Shown here piece by piece: positions 37,819 to 47,457 of a DNA stretch of 64,000 nucleotides; the first letter of the stretch is position 1, and the number at the start of each line of letters is the position of its first letter. Where the stretch lies: positions 40,802-104,801 of the forward strand of contig CALMGJ010000028.1 in assembly GCA_937863565.1 (NCBI GenBank). Reading direction: 5' to 3'. The notes beneath the pieces were generated by a model, which ran no database searches, was not told the DNA's origin, and was given only the letters and a program-made list of their open reading frames with translations. This DNA comes from an uncultured bacterium. GTDB lineage: Bacteria; AUK180. Position numbers and translations under genes: made by a program.

Positions 37819-39360
37819 TTATTTCAACCGCATGAAGATCGGTTCATTTTTTTTATATGCGGCCGCCGTATCCAGCAAGCCCCACTTGAGTTCCTGTTCG
37901 AATTCAATACCTTCCGGCGGGCGGTTCAGGTTCTTTAATACAATTCCCGCCGTGCCGGGCATGACCGGGTATAACATCACGGCGGCATTGCGCAGCGATT
38001 CGAGCACGTGATAGATTATCGTTGAGGTCCTGGCCTTATCATTATCGGCGGATTTGAAAGGTTCGGTATCCTGAATGTAGCCGTTAATTGCGCGCACAAA
38101 ATCCATGATATCCTTCAATGCCATATTGATCCTGAATTCCCTGAAATGTTTTCTGTATGCCGCAGAAGCCTGTGCAAAAGAGTTTTTAAGTTTTTCCTCA
38201 TGCTCTCCGGGGGCGACAGCCGCGAATTTTCCGCCGAGGTATTTCTCGAACATCGTCATCGTTCTGTGCAGCGAATTCGAGAATGTGTTCACGAGATCAT
38301 TGTTGAATTTTTCAACAAGACGGTCTTCGCTGTAATCCGTGTCAGCGCCTTCGGGGAGTTCGGAAAGCAGGAAGTATTTCAGCGGTTCCACTCCGTATTT
38401 ATCGGAAAGTTCGAAAGGGTCTATGACCGAGCCGGTCCTTTTCGACATTTTTCCGCCTTTAAAAAGCCAGTATCCGTGCGCATAAACGGCGGGGAGCTCT
38501 ACTCCCAGCGCTTCCAGAATCGAATACCAGAAGAGCGTATGGAACCAGAGGATATCCTTGGCGATCACATGGGCATCGGCCGGCCAGAAACGGTTGAACA
38601 TATCCATATCATCGGGATATCCCAAGGCGGTGATGTAGTTCAGGATCGCATCGAACCAAACATATGTCACTTGCTTCTCGTCGAACGGCAGAGGTATGCC
38701 CCAGTCAAAATCCGATCGGGAAATGCTTTTATCATCCATCGCACCGTCTATTTTCCCCATTATTTCATTGTATCTTATCTCCGGTTTGATAAGAAGCGGG
38801 TTTTTAATAAGTTTCTCTTTAATGATATCTTTGTATTTCGACATCCTGAAGAAGTAGTTCTCCTCGCTCACATGCTTGACCGGCCCACCGCATTGAGGAC
38901 ATTTGCCGTCTTTCAATTCGCCCTCGTTCCAGAACGATTCGCACGGAACGCACTGGAAGGCCTCGTAGCGCCCTTTGTATATATCTCCTTTTTCCCATAA
39001 TATGCCGAGGATCTTCTTGACCCTTTCCTCATGATCGGTATCCGTTGTTCTAATGAATTTATCGTATCCGATCTCCATCCGTTTCCACAGCTCCACGAAG
39101 TAGCTTACGTTCTCGTCTGCAAGGGCTTTGGGAGTTTTTCCCTGTTTCTGAGCGGCATCGAATATCTTTTGCCCGTGCTCGTCGCTGCCCGTGAGAAAGA
39201 AGACCTTTTTACCGCAGGCCTTGTAATATCGGGCGAGTGCATCGCTGAAAACGGTTGTATAAGTATGTCCCACATGAAGTTTTGCATTCACGTAATACAA
39301 AGGAGTAGTTATATAGAATTTATCCACGAACAGTTCACTGCCCCGGATCGGGATCGACAT
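37819..39360 (-). CDS. metG: methionine--tRNA ligase
   Basis: HVGHTYT (HIGH), KMSKR (KMSKS), CxxC...CPQCG zinc knuckle. Confidence 0.92.
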   Translation of the reverse strand: MSIPIRGSELFVDKFYITTPLYYVNAKLHVGHTYTTVFSDALARYYKACGKKVFFLTGSDEHGQKIFDAAQKQGKTPKALADENVSYFVELWKRMEIGYDKFIRTTDTDHEERVKKILGILWEKGDIYKGRYEAFQCVPCESFWNEGELKDGKCPQCGGPVKHVSEENYFFRMSKYKDIIKEKLIKNPLLIKPEIRYNEIMGKIDGAMDDKSISRSDFDWGIPLPFDEKQVTYVWFDAILNYITALGYPDDMDMFNRFWPADAHVIAKDILWFHTLFWYSILEALGVELPAVYAHGYWLFKGGKMSKRTGSVIDPFELSDKYGVEPLKYFLLSELPEGADTDYSEDRLVEKFNNDLVNTFSNSLHRTMTMFEKYLGGKFAAVAPGEHEEKLKNSFAQASAAYRKHFREFRINMALKDIMDFVRAINGYIQDTEPFKSADNDKARTSTIIYHVLESLRNAAVMLYPVMPGTAGIVLKNLNRPPEGIEFEQELKWGLLDTAAAYKKNEPIFMRLK

Positions 39361-39709
39361 AACCGGTATTATCGATCACCAGTTGAACGATGTCGCTTCT
39401 TGCCAGGAATCCGCCGCTCTCGTTATACCCCTCGCAGAAGACCGATATCGTACCCTCGTATTTCGTTGAATCGAGCGAGAAAACATAGGGTGCAGTGTTC
39501 TTCGTTGTGACCTTGCCCGATTGGATGAAAAGAGAGACTATCTTAATAGAAGAATCGTTGACGGATATCTTAACGCTGACCGTTCCGCTTACCGTCTGGC
39601 CCGATACAAGATTTGATATATAGATGTCCTGCAATTCCGGATCGAAGACCTTGTCCGAGCAGGAGAAAAGGATCAATGCGGCAATAATGAAAACCAATAT
39701 TTTTTTCAT
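39335..39709 (-). CDS. hypothetical lipoprotein
   Basis: MKKILVFIIAALILFSCSD signal/lipobox; overlaps metG start. Confidence 0.55.
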   Translation of the reverse strand: MKKILVFIIAALILFSCSDKVFDPELQDIYISNLVSGQTVSGTVSVKISVNDSSIKIVSLFIQSGKVTTKNTAPYVFSLDSTKYEGTISVFCEGYNESGGFLARSDIVQLVIDNTGYVDPDPGQ

Positions 39710-39873
39710 TGTTTTATTTTACATGATTTTTTATGATTTTTCAAGTATTTTTTAAGATTCAACTTAACTGAATAAAAGACGCAGGGATGGTGACATATAC
39801 TGTGCTGTTATTCGATACTGCCGGCAGACGCAGCATTCATCTGACCGCGATATATTAAAGTGCAACAGCGCAC

Positions 39874-40332
39874 CTATTTTAGCACTCTTCTGATTATCTT
39901 TTTCAATGGTTCGGAGCCTTTATCGATGGAGAGATTATAACGGACCTCGGCTATCTCCGCATTTGGCGGGCCATCCTCATTTTCGATGTAATTCCCCGTA
40001 TGTTCAAGACAGAATATGCTTAGAACCCCGTTTTTCATCGCGATCTCTTTGACCTCGAACACATTGATCCCTGTCTTATACCATACCGGCAGGCTGTCCG
40101 CCGGTATATCCCCTATCTGCGTAATTCCGATGGTTATCCGGCATCCGTTGAAGGCGGGATCGCCTCTGCCTGTCTCTACGACCTTTGCGATGACCTCTTT
40201 TCCGGATACCGTCCTTATATTAAGGACACTGCTTAAAAAATCGTATCCGCAGCCTGATGTTTTTAAGAAATCCACATCGGCAATCGTCAGCAAGGATAAT
40301 AACATCAAAAGCGAGAACATTGCCTTTTTCAT
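39874..40332 (-). CDS. hypothetical secreted protein
   Basis: Internal ATG at 40330-40332 gives signal peptide MKKAMFSLLMLLSLLTIA; the track's 246-aa N-terminal extension is rejected. Confidence 0.5.
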   Translation of the reverse strand: MKKAMFSLLMLLSLLTIADVDFLKTSGCGYDFLSSVLNIRTVSGKEVIAKVVETGRGDPAFNGCRITIGITQIGDIPADSLPVWYKTGINVFEVKEIAMKNGVLSIFCLEHTGNYIENEDGPPNAEIAEVRYNLSIDKGSEPLKKIIRRVLK

Positions 40333-40429
40333 ATCTGCCTCCATTGAGCATATTAATGCAAATTCAATACCATTTGCGGATCGTTTGCTTTTTGCCCTGG
40401 ATTTTATTATAATATGCAAGAGGTGGGGA

Positions 40430-41215
40430 GTGAATAAAATACTTGTTAATATCGCGGTACTTAGTGTCTTTTTGCTTTTTTCGGCATGCGCTAAAAAGGA
40501 AGGTATTGCACCTCCTTCAGAAATAAATGAACCCCGGACAGAAAATATTTTCACCGTCGCGGGAAGCCATGATCTGCCATTCAGGATATTCAACGGAGAA
40601 GAGGTATGCGGCATCTATTTCGATATAATCAAGGAAATAGGGCAAAGATGCGGGATTAAGTTCAAATTCGTGAACTGCACTTTCGAAAGGGCATTGGAGC
40701 TCATGCGCACAGGCGGGGCCGATATCATGATCGGAGCGGTTGTTAAGGAAAACAGGAAAGATTACATGGTATATCTCGAACCGTATTTCAGGGCCGAAGC
40801 AAAGAACTTTTACGGAAAAAAAGAGACAGTGGAGAAGATCCGTTCCTATGACGATCTTAAAGGTTTTACCATATCCGTTCATATAGGGAAAACCTACTTC
40901 GAGCCTTTTGACAGCGATCAAGGCTTAAAAAAAGACCCCGTGAGCAGTTATGAGATCGCCGTTGACAAAGTGCTTGCCGGAAGGAGCGATCTCGTCATCA
41001 TGCCCGAATGCGAAGGAAGAACGCTTTTAACCCGAATGGGCGTCTATCTTGATACTGCTCCTTTCATGATAAAAGGGACACCTTGTCACGTGACCTTGTC
41101 AAAGAGATCCGTTTTGAACGCAAGAAGCGGGGAAATAGAAAAAACGCTTCGGGAACTGATGACGGAGGGCGTAATAGACCGGCTTTTCAAGCAATACGGC
41201 TGTAACGATGAATAA
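40430..41215 (+). CDS. periplasmic solute-binding protein (family 3-like) with lipoprotein signal
   Basis: GTG at 40430-40432 just downstream of GAGGTGGGGA; signal LSVFLLFSAC; 4-nt overlap with downstream kinase. Confidence 0.65.
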   Translation: MNKILVNIAVLSVFLLFSACAKKEGIAPPSEINEPRTENIFTVAGSHDLPFRIFNGEEVCGIYFDIIKEIGQRCGIKFKFVNCTFERALELMRTGGADIMIGAVVKENRKDYMVYLEPYFRAEAKNFYGKKETVEKIRSYDDLKGFTISVHIGKTYFEPFDSDQGLKKDPVSSYEIAVDKVLAGRSDLVIMPECEGRTLLTRMGVYLDTAPFMIKGTPCHVTLSKRSVLNARSGEIEKTLRELMTEGVIDRLFKQYGCNDE

Positions 41216-42917
41216 AAGATCTCTTTACAAGGCGCTTACAATAAATCTAGCCATAACATCCGTGATAATACTCCTTCTGGGAAGCTTGACCTATTATTCC
41301 TACCTCTCACAGCTTCGCCGCAGTAATATCGAGAAGAGCGCCAATGATATTACAGAGAGCATAGTGAACGCCGTAGAGATACCTCTTTGGAACCTCGATA
41401 AGAAAGGCGTTGAAAAGAGCCTCCATCTTTACTTGCAGAATCCGGATATCGCCGGTATCGACCTTAAGAGCGATGTAGAGTTGAGCATACGGAATGAAAT
41501 GAAGGACGCCTCCGTAATGAAACGCGTTCACATCGAAAAACGCGCCTTAGACCATGAAGGATATCCCCTGGGAGAGCTTACCGTTTACTTCGACAGGACG
41601 CCGGACCGGAGCGATTTTTGGAATACGCTTGCTTTTGTGATCGTTTTCTTCTTTCTTCTCGTTCTTCTTGTGCTCGCAGGCATAAGACTGATCGTGAAGC
41701 TTTATGTGAAGGGGCCTAATAATGCCATCACGGAAGTTATAAAGAGCATTACGGAAGGATGCTATGACATAGAAGTCCCGTCTTCAAGATATGCAGAGCC
41801 GGACCTTATCTTGAGGAATATCGCCCATATGAAAAGAGAGATATTAAGAAGGGACGGGAGCCTCAGGGATTCAGAAAGGAAGTACAGAACGCTTAACAAT
41901 ACAATGCCTCTCGGTGTTTTCATTCTTGACAAGGACGGGGCTATACTCGATGCGAACCTGACCGCCGAAGAGATGTACGGATACACCAAAGAAGAGTTCA
42001 TTGCCGAACGAAGGTACTTCATCATGAATGACACGTACAGCGAGGAAAAACCTCTTTTTTATGTTTCCAAGTCCATTAACGGCCCGGAGCAGTCATTCGA
42101 CGGGATCATGCGGAGGAAGGACGGGACCGAATTCCCCTGTTTGATCAGGATGAAAAGGGTCGCGGAGGATGGAAAAGATCATGTTATTATGACCGTATCC
42201 GATATTTCGCACTTGAAAGCGCTGGAAAAGGAACGGGAAGAACTGAGACACCAGTTCATCTGGAGCGAGAAACTCGCCATGATCGGTCAGATGACCTCTT
42301 CTGTGGTGCATGAGATGCGCAATATCATGACGGTCATTCTGGGTAATTCACAGATAATGGCCCAAAGGACCGAGAAGGACAGTGAGACACAAAGATGCCT
42401 GAAGGATATCCGAGATGTGTCCGAAAAAGCTCTCGGGATACTGGGAGAAGTCCTCACTTTCTCGAGGAACGAGGACAGGAAAAAGGAGGATATCGATCTC
42501 AACGGCATTATTTCCGAATACCTAAGCGTCCTTGAACTGCTCGTTAAGAAAAAAGCATCCCTTGAGTTCATTCCCGGAGACAATGTCGGCAGCATCAATT
42601 GCATTCCCGGCAGTATAGAGAATATCATCGTCAATCTTGTAATGAACGCCAGGGACGCGGTATCGGATAAAGGCAGGATCGAGATAGCCACATCCGTAGA
42701 AGGAGCGAGAAAGTGCATAAGGATATCCGACAACGGATGCGGGTTGGATAAAGAAGATATTAAAAAGATCTTTCTGCCTTTCTATACTACAAAAGAAAGA
42801 GGCAGAGGGACGGGGCTCGGTCTGTCTGTCGTGATGCAGATCGTTAAGCAACACGGCGGGACAATAGATGTCAATTCGGAGAAAGGGTCCGGCACAACAT
42901 TCCGCATTTTCTTTTAA
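41208..42917 (+). CDS. sensor histidine kinase (2 TM + periplasmic domain, PAS, DHp, HATPase_c)
   Basis: TM segments; PAS-like LGVFILDKDGAILDAN; H-box SSVVHEMRNIMT; G-boxes GTGLGLSVV. Confidence 0.88.
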   Translation: MNKRSLYKALTINLAITSVIILLLGSLTYYSYLSQLRRSNIEKSANDITESIVNAVEIPLWNLDKKGVEKSLHLYLQNPDIAGIDLKSDVELSIRNEMKDASVMKRVHIEKRALDHEGYPLGELTVYFDRTPDRSDFWNTLAFVIVFFFLLVLLVLAGIRLIVKLYVKGPNNAITEVIKSITEGCYDIEVPSSRYAEPDLILRNIAHMKREILRRDGSLRDSERKYRTLNNTMPLGVFILDKDGAILDANLTAEEMYGYTKEEFIAERRYFIMNDTYSEEKPLFYVSKSINGPEQSFDGIMRRKDGTEFPCLIRMKRVAEDGKDHVIMTVSDISHLKALEKEREELRHQFIWSEKLAMIGQMTSSVVHEMRNIMTVILGNSQIMAQRTEKDSETQRCLKDIRDVSEKALGILGEVLTFSRNEDRKKEDIDLNGIISEYLSVLELLVKKKASLEFIPGDNVGSINCIPGSIENIIVNLVMNARDAVSDKGRIEIATSVEGARKCIRISDNGCGLDKEDIKKIFLPFYTTKERGRGTGLGLSVVMQIVKQHGGTIDVNSEKGSGTTFRIFF

Positions 42918-42946
42918 AAAAAACAGGTAATATATTCGGAAATCCG

Positions 42947-43960
42947 TCAGCAGATCCTGGGCGTCAGGGAGAAATCCAGTTCTTTCAGTATCCTTTCTTT
43001 GCCGTTCTTCATTTCGACTGTAAGCTCAGAACCCGAGGGCCTCTCTACTATCCCAATGACAGACGCCCTTGTGTACCCCGTTTTTTTCAATGCGGAGACA
43101 ACTGAACGCGAGATATCCGGGGAGCAGATGATCAGCATCCTTCCTTCGCAGGCGAAGTAAAGATGGTCCATCCCTGTCAGTTCCGCGAGGGCAAGAACAT
43201 TCCTGCCGACCGGAATATCCTTTCCTTTCAATGATATGCTTTTACCTGATTTAACGGCGATCTCATGAAGGTTGTGAGCGATGCCGCCCCTTGTAGGGTC
43301 CCTCATAAAATGTATTTTATCACCGAACCGTTTAACGGCATTGAAAAGGCCTGTCAGTCCCTCGCAGTCAGAACGCATCTTTGTCGAGAACATTCCGGAC
43401 TTTTCATTGAAGATCGCTGCCTCATGCTCTCCTGCAGTACCGTTGATGATAACAGGATCACCTGTTTTAATCCTTTCCGGGGATATATTAAGCACCTTTC
43501 TTCCGATCCCGGAACACGAGATGAAAAGTCCGTCGCATTTCCCTTTCTCAACTACTTTCGTGTCGCCGCAGGCCAGTTCAATACCGCATTTTTCGGCTTC
43601 ACGGGCCATTGATGCCATGATCCGTTCCAGGTCGGAGAAGGAAAAACCCTCTTCAATGATCAGGTTCATCGACATATAAAGCGGATCCCCGCCCTGCGCA
43701 AGGATATCGTTCACGGTTCCGCAAACTGCAAGCTTCCCAATATTCCCGCCCGGGAAGAAAAGCGGGTTCACTGTAAAACTGTCCGACGTGAAGATCAAGG
43801 CGGTTGAGGGCAGATCGATAACGGCGCTGTCGTCAAGCGCTCCGAGAACAGCGCCTTTGAAGTATTTTAATATGCATCTTCCTATCAACTCGGAAGTAAG
43901 GGCACCTCCCGCGCCGTGAGCAAGGCTAATTCTTTCTTTTTTTATATTTATACCAGGCAC
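42947..43960 (-). CDS. hypE: hydrogenase expression/formation protein HypE
   Basis: AIR-synthase-like fold motifs; C-terminal PRIC. Confidence 0.88.
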   Translation of the reverse strand: MPGINIKKERISLAHGAGGALTSELIGRCILKYFKGAVLGALDDSAVIDLPSTALIFTSDSFTVNPLFFPGGNIGKLAVCGTVNDILAQGGDPLYMSMNLIIEEGFSFSDLERIMASMAREAEKCGIELACGDTKVVEKGKCDGLFISCSGIGRKVLNISPERIKTGDPVIINGTAGEHEAAIFNEKSGMFSTKMRSDCEGLTGLFNAVKRFGDKIHFMRDPTRGGIAHNLHEIAVKSGKSISLKGKDIPVGRNVLALAELTGMDHLYFACEGRMLIICSPDISRSVVSALKKTGYTRASVIGIVERPSGSELTVEMKNGKERILKELDFSLTPRIC

Positions 43961-44990
43961 TGCATGCTCCTTCCGATGACACCATGCAAGGTCCGATCGG
44001 ATACCGCGGATTGCATTTCAAAGCAAATGAAGGACAGTCGAACGGCGTTTTTCTGCCCCGTAATATATCACCGCAAATGCATGCGCTCTTCTTTTTTTGT
44101 TTTTTTACGGTCACACCGAACTTCAAAGCCGCATCGTATTCCGAATAACCGGGCCTTATCCCGTAACCGCTTCCCGGTATCATGCCGAAACCCCGCCATT
44201 CCGAATCGCAGACAGAGAAGATTTCATTCATGGTCCTCAGCATCGCGGGATTCCCCTTTTTCCCGGCAGCTTTCGTATAAGCGTTCTTGATCCCTAAAAA
44301 GCCCGTTGAGATCATTCCGAGGCAAACGGTTATCCCGTCTGCCATTTCGCCGTATTCGAAACCGGTAACGGTCCCCCGTATCTTGAGACCTTCGTAGTAA
44401 TCCGTTCCCGTGATCACTGTAACGTGACCGGGCAGAAGAAAAGCGTCTATGTTCAGTTCTCTGTCCGAGGAAAGAAGCTTTAGCGCGGGATACAAGCGTT
44501 TATGGGCCGAGAGAACGCTGAAGTTCCGGAGTTTCCTTCTCTTCGCCTCCTTGATCAGGAATGCGATAAGGGGGGCCGTAGTCTCAAAACCTATTCCCGC
44601 AAAAACAAACTCATTTCCCTGCCTGTCGCATATATCAAATGCGCGGTCGGGACTGTAGACAGTGAATATATCCCCGGCCGGAAGATCGCCAAGTCTCCTC
44701 CCGTTCTCATCAGGCACTTTGATAAGATCTCCGAATGTGATCACTTTAATCCCCTTGCCTGCCAGTTCAAGAAGAGCGGCGATATATCCGCTTTCGGTAA
44801 CACAAACAGGGCAGCCGGGCCCGGATACCAGTTCGATATTAGCGGGAAGGGCCTCTTTGAGCCCCGTTCGGGCCAGATTCATCGTATGCGTACCGCAAAC
44901 TTCCATTATCCTGATCTTCCTTCTGATGGAAGAAGCAAGTATTTCTATGGCGTTAAGAGAATTTGAGGTGTTACTTTCTTTTCTCATCAT
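43926..44990 (-). CDS. hypD: hydrogenase formation protein HypD
   Basis: CGTHT, GPGCPVC, FETTAP motifs. Confidence 0.9.
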   Translation of the reverse strand: MMRKESNTSNSLNAIEILASSIRRKIRIMEVCGTHTMNLARTGLKEALPANIELVSGPGCPVCVTESGYIAALLELAGKGIKVITFGDLIKVPDENGRRLGDLPAGDIFTVYSPDRAFDICDRQGNEFVFAGIGFETTAPLIAFLIKEAKRRKLRNFSVLSAHKRLYPALKLLSSDRELNIDAFLLPGHVTVITGTDYYEGLKIRGTVTGFEYGEMADGITVCLGMISTGFLGIKNAYTKAAGKKGNPAMLRTMNEIFSVCDSEWRGFGMIPGSGYGIRPGYSEYDAALKFGVTVKKQKKKSACICGDILRGRKTPFDCPSFALKCNPRYPIGPCMVSSEGACSAWYKYKKRKN

Positions 44991-45201
44991 CCAGCAAGCT
45001 TTTTAAAAGATCCAGGACCTCTTCGGCCTCCTTTTCACCTATCATCTCTATCGAAAAACCGGCGTGAACCAGTACATGATCGTTCTTTTTCACGCCCGGC
45101 GTGAAAGCGGTGTTTATCAATATCCTGGCACCGTGGATGAGCGCTTCCGCGTGCTGCGCATCAATGATCTTTTTTATCTTTACCGGAATTGCAAGACACA
45201 T
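44971..45201 (-). CDS. hypC: hydrogenase assembly chaperone HypC
   Basis: MCLAIPVKI N-terminus; track ORF extended upstream into hypF. Confidence 0.85.
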   Translation of the reverse strand: MCLAIPVKIKKIIDAQHAEALIHGARILINTAFTPGVKKNDHVLVHAGFSIEMIGEKEAEEVLDLLKSLLDDEKRK

Positions 45202-45205
45202 ATGT

Positions 45206-47452
45206 TCAGATCCTCCTTGAGGCAAGATAGGCCTGACCTGCTGAAATACCGTTATCAGAAGGAGAAAGCTGCCTGTGCGTATGCACTTTGAGATCAGCGC
45301 ATTCAAGCCTTTCCCTGATCAGAGCGGGGATATAAGCATTTAGGAAAACACCTCCGGACAGCAGGACTTCCGACAGGCCGTACTCTTCTCTCATTACCTT
45401 TATCATGTTCACGGCGATATCGGACAATGTGAAAATGAACCGGGAAGAGATCTCGCTTATATCGCGTTTTCTTTCCATAGAATCCGCTATCTCGGCGATC
45501 ATGATATCGGGATCGATGATGTATTTTCCGTCTTTCTGTATTATCCTTATTGAGTACGGGTCTTTTAAAAAATCCTTTTTCACAGCGCTTTCAAGCGCTA
45601 TCGCCGCCTCGCCGGAGAATGTGTTCCAATCCTTCAAACCCGTCAAGAAAGCCACTGCATCGATCAAACGTCCTACTGAAGATGTAAGGGGGCAGTTCAT
45701 TCCGTTGAGGATCATCTTCGAGATCTTTTCCGTAAGGTCATAAGAAAGCGGCACTCTTTTCAATTTCTTCATATCAAGGCGCGCTCTGAGAGCATAAGAA
45801 GCGGCAATCCTCGATATATCGGAAGATGCGGCATCACCTCCGGGAAGCTCGATATATTTAAGGTGCCCGATTCTCTGGAAGCCCTGATGGGAATACACCA
45901 TGAACTCCCCTCCCCACATATTGCCGTCCTCTCCGTAACCGCTGCCGTCCCAGGCTATCCCGATTGCTTTTCCCGTTACTTTATTCTCGTACGCGCAGGA
46001 GGCCAGATGAGCATAGTGATGCTGGATCTTGAGCAAAGGCACTTTCTCTTTTGCCGCCATTTTCTCGAACAGTCCCGTCGTGAGATAACCCGGGTGCTTG
46101 TCGCAAACGAGGATATCGGGAGTGAAGGAGAAAAGCTTCATGAACCGCTTCAGTTCTGAATGATAGGCCTCCAGGTTCTCCTTGTCCTCTATATCCCCCA
46201 AGTATTGGGAAGGATACGCTCTTCCTTCCTTGACAATGCAGAACGAGCAATTCTCCGAAGCGCCGGAGGCAAGTATGTTCTTCCCGCTGCGAAGATCGAA
46301 GGTGGAAGGGACATATCCCCTGCTTCTTCTGAGAAATACCGCTCCGTCCCCGGTCTTTTTGATCACGCTGTCGTCACATCTTGCCAGGATCGAAAGGCCG
46401 TGGGTCAGAACAGGGCCCTTGAAATGCTCTTTTGCTTTTTCATCGGCCGTTACAGTAGGCGCAGAGGCCGGATTGAGGCTCGTGTATACAAGAAGATCCA
46501 AGTGTGAAGAGCCGAAAAGGAGTTTATGCGCAAAAGAGTATGGGAGCATTATCCCTACTCGGTCATTATCGGGAGAGACTGAATTAAGGAAAGACTTCGA
46601 AGGATTTTTCCTAAGAAGGACGATCGGGCGCGCCGGGGAAAGTAAAATAGATTCCGCGGCCGCATCAATGAAAGCATACTGTGATGCCTTATCAATCGAA
46701 GATGCCATGAGTGCAAGCGGTTTTGTTCCCCTTGATTTCAATGATCTTAGCTTTTTAATCGCTTGCGGGTTCTTCGGGTCTCCCACAAGATGAAAGCCTC
46801 CGATCCCTTTTACGGCAATGATATTTCCGGCCTTTATGTGTTCGGCCGCCTTTTTGAAAGCATTTTCTCCCTTGAAATTTCCGAGCCTGTAAGAGGGACC
46901 GCAGGAGGGACAGGTTATCGTCTGAGCATGGAATCTGCGATTTCCGGGGTCCCCGTATTCGATCCCGCATGAAGGGCATATTGAGAATTCGCCATAGGCA
47001 AGGTTTTTCCTGTCATAAGGAAAGGCATTAAGTACGCTGAATCGCGGGCCGCATGATAAACAGGAAGTAAACGGATACTTGAAGCGTTTATTCCCCTTTT
47101 CGTTGAAATCCTCCTCGCATTCCCGGCAGTATGCAAGATCCGGCGGAATCTGCGGATTGGCATTATCTTCTGAAGAGCTTTTTTCAATGAAGAACTGCTT
47201 TCCGGAGACCTTTCCGCCCGGCAACTGTATAATGCTGTCGATCCTGGCACCCGGCGGGGATTCTTTCTTTATCCGGACGATGAGCGCATCGATGTTTCCG
47301 GGTTCCGAGAAAAAAATGACCTCGACCCCCTTTTTCGTGTTCCTTACGGATCCCCGTACCGAAAGTTCATCTGCCTTTCTTTTGATGAAAGGCCTGAAAC
47401 CAACCCCTTGGACAATCCCGCGGATGAGGAACTTCTTACAGATCTTTTCCAA
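45206..47452 (-). CDS. hypF: carbamoyltransferase HypF
   Basis: acylphosphatase N-domain, two CxxC zinc-finger pairs, YrdC-like and Kae1-like domains; 748 aa. Confidence 0.92.
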   Translation of the reverse strand: MEKICKKFLIRGIVQGVGFRPFIKRKADELSVRGSVRNTKKGVEVIFFSEPGNIDALIVRIKKESPPGARIDSIIQLPGGKVSGKQFFIEKSSSEDNANPQIPPDLAYCRECEEDFNEKGNKRFKYPFTSCLSCGPRFSVLNAFPYDRKNLAYGEFSICPSCGIEYGDPGNRRFHAQTITCPSCGPSYRLGNFKGENAFKKAAEHIKAGNIIAVKGIGGFHLVGDPKNPQAIKKLRSLKSRGTKPLALMASSIDKASQYAFIDAAAESILLSPARPIVLLRKNPSKSFLNSVSPDNDRVGIMLPYSFAHKLLFGSSHLDLLVYTSLNPASAPTVTADEKAKEHFKGPVLTHGLSILARCDDSVIKKTGDGAVFLRRSRGYVPSTFDLRSGKNILASGASENCSFCIVKEGRAYPSQYLGDIEDKENLEAYHSELKRFMKLFSFTPDILVCDKHPGYLTTGLFEKMAAKEKVPLLKIQHHYAHLASCAYENKVTGKAIGIAWDGSGYGEDGNMWGGEFMVYSHQGFQRIGHLKYIELPGGDAASSDISRIAASYALRARLDMKKLKRVPLSYDLTEKISKMILNGMNCPLTSSVGRLIDAVAFLTGLKDWNTFSGEAAIALESAVKKDFLKDPYSIRIIQKDGKYIIDPDIMIAEIADSMERKRDISEISSRFIFTLSDIAVNMIKVMREEYGLSEVLLSGGVFLNAYIPALIRERLECADLKVHTHRQLSPSDNGISAGQAYLASRRI

Positions 47453-47457
47453 ACGCC

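Noticed and set aside
38146-39000. 284-aa plus-strand ORF
   Set aside because: Antisense to metG, which carries HIGH and KMSKS motifs.
39879-39887. TTAGCACTC, the CIRCE left half-site
   Set aside because: Lies within the last codons of gene 39874-40332, has no correctly spaced GAGTGCTAA partner, and is far from the chaperone operon.
40016-40429. Upstream ATG extension of the solute-binding protein ORF
   Set aside because: It overlaps the divergent secreted-protein gene and yields no signal peptide; the GTG at 40430 follows a GAGGTGGGGA RBS and gives a lipoprotein signal.
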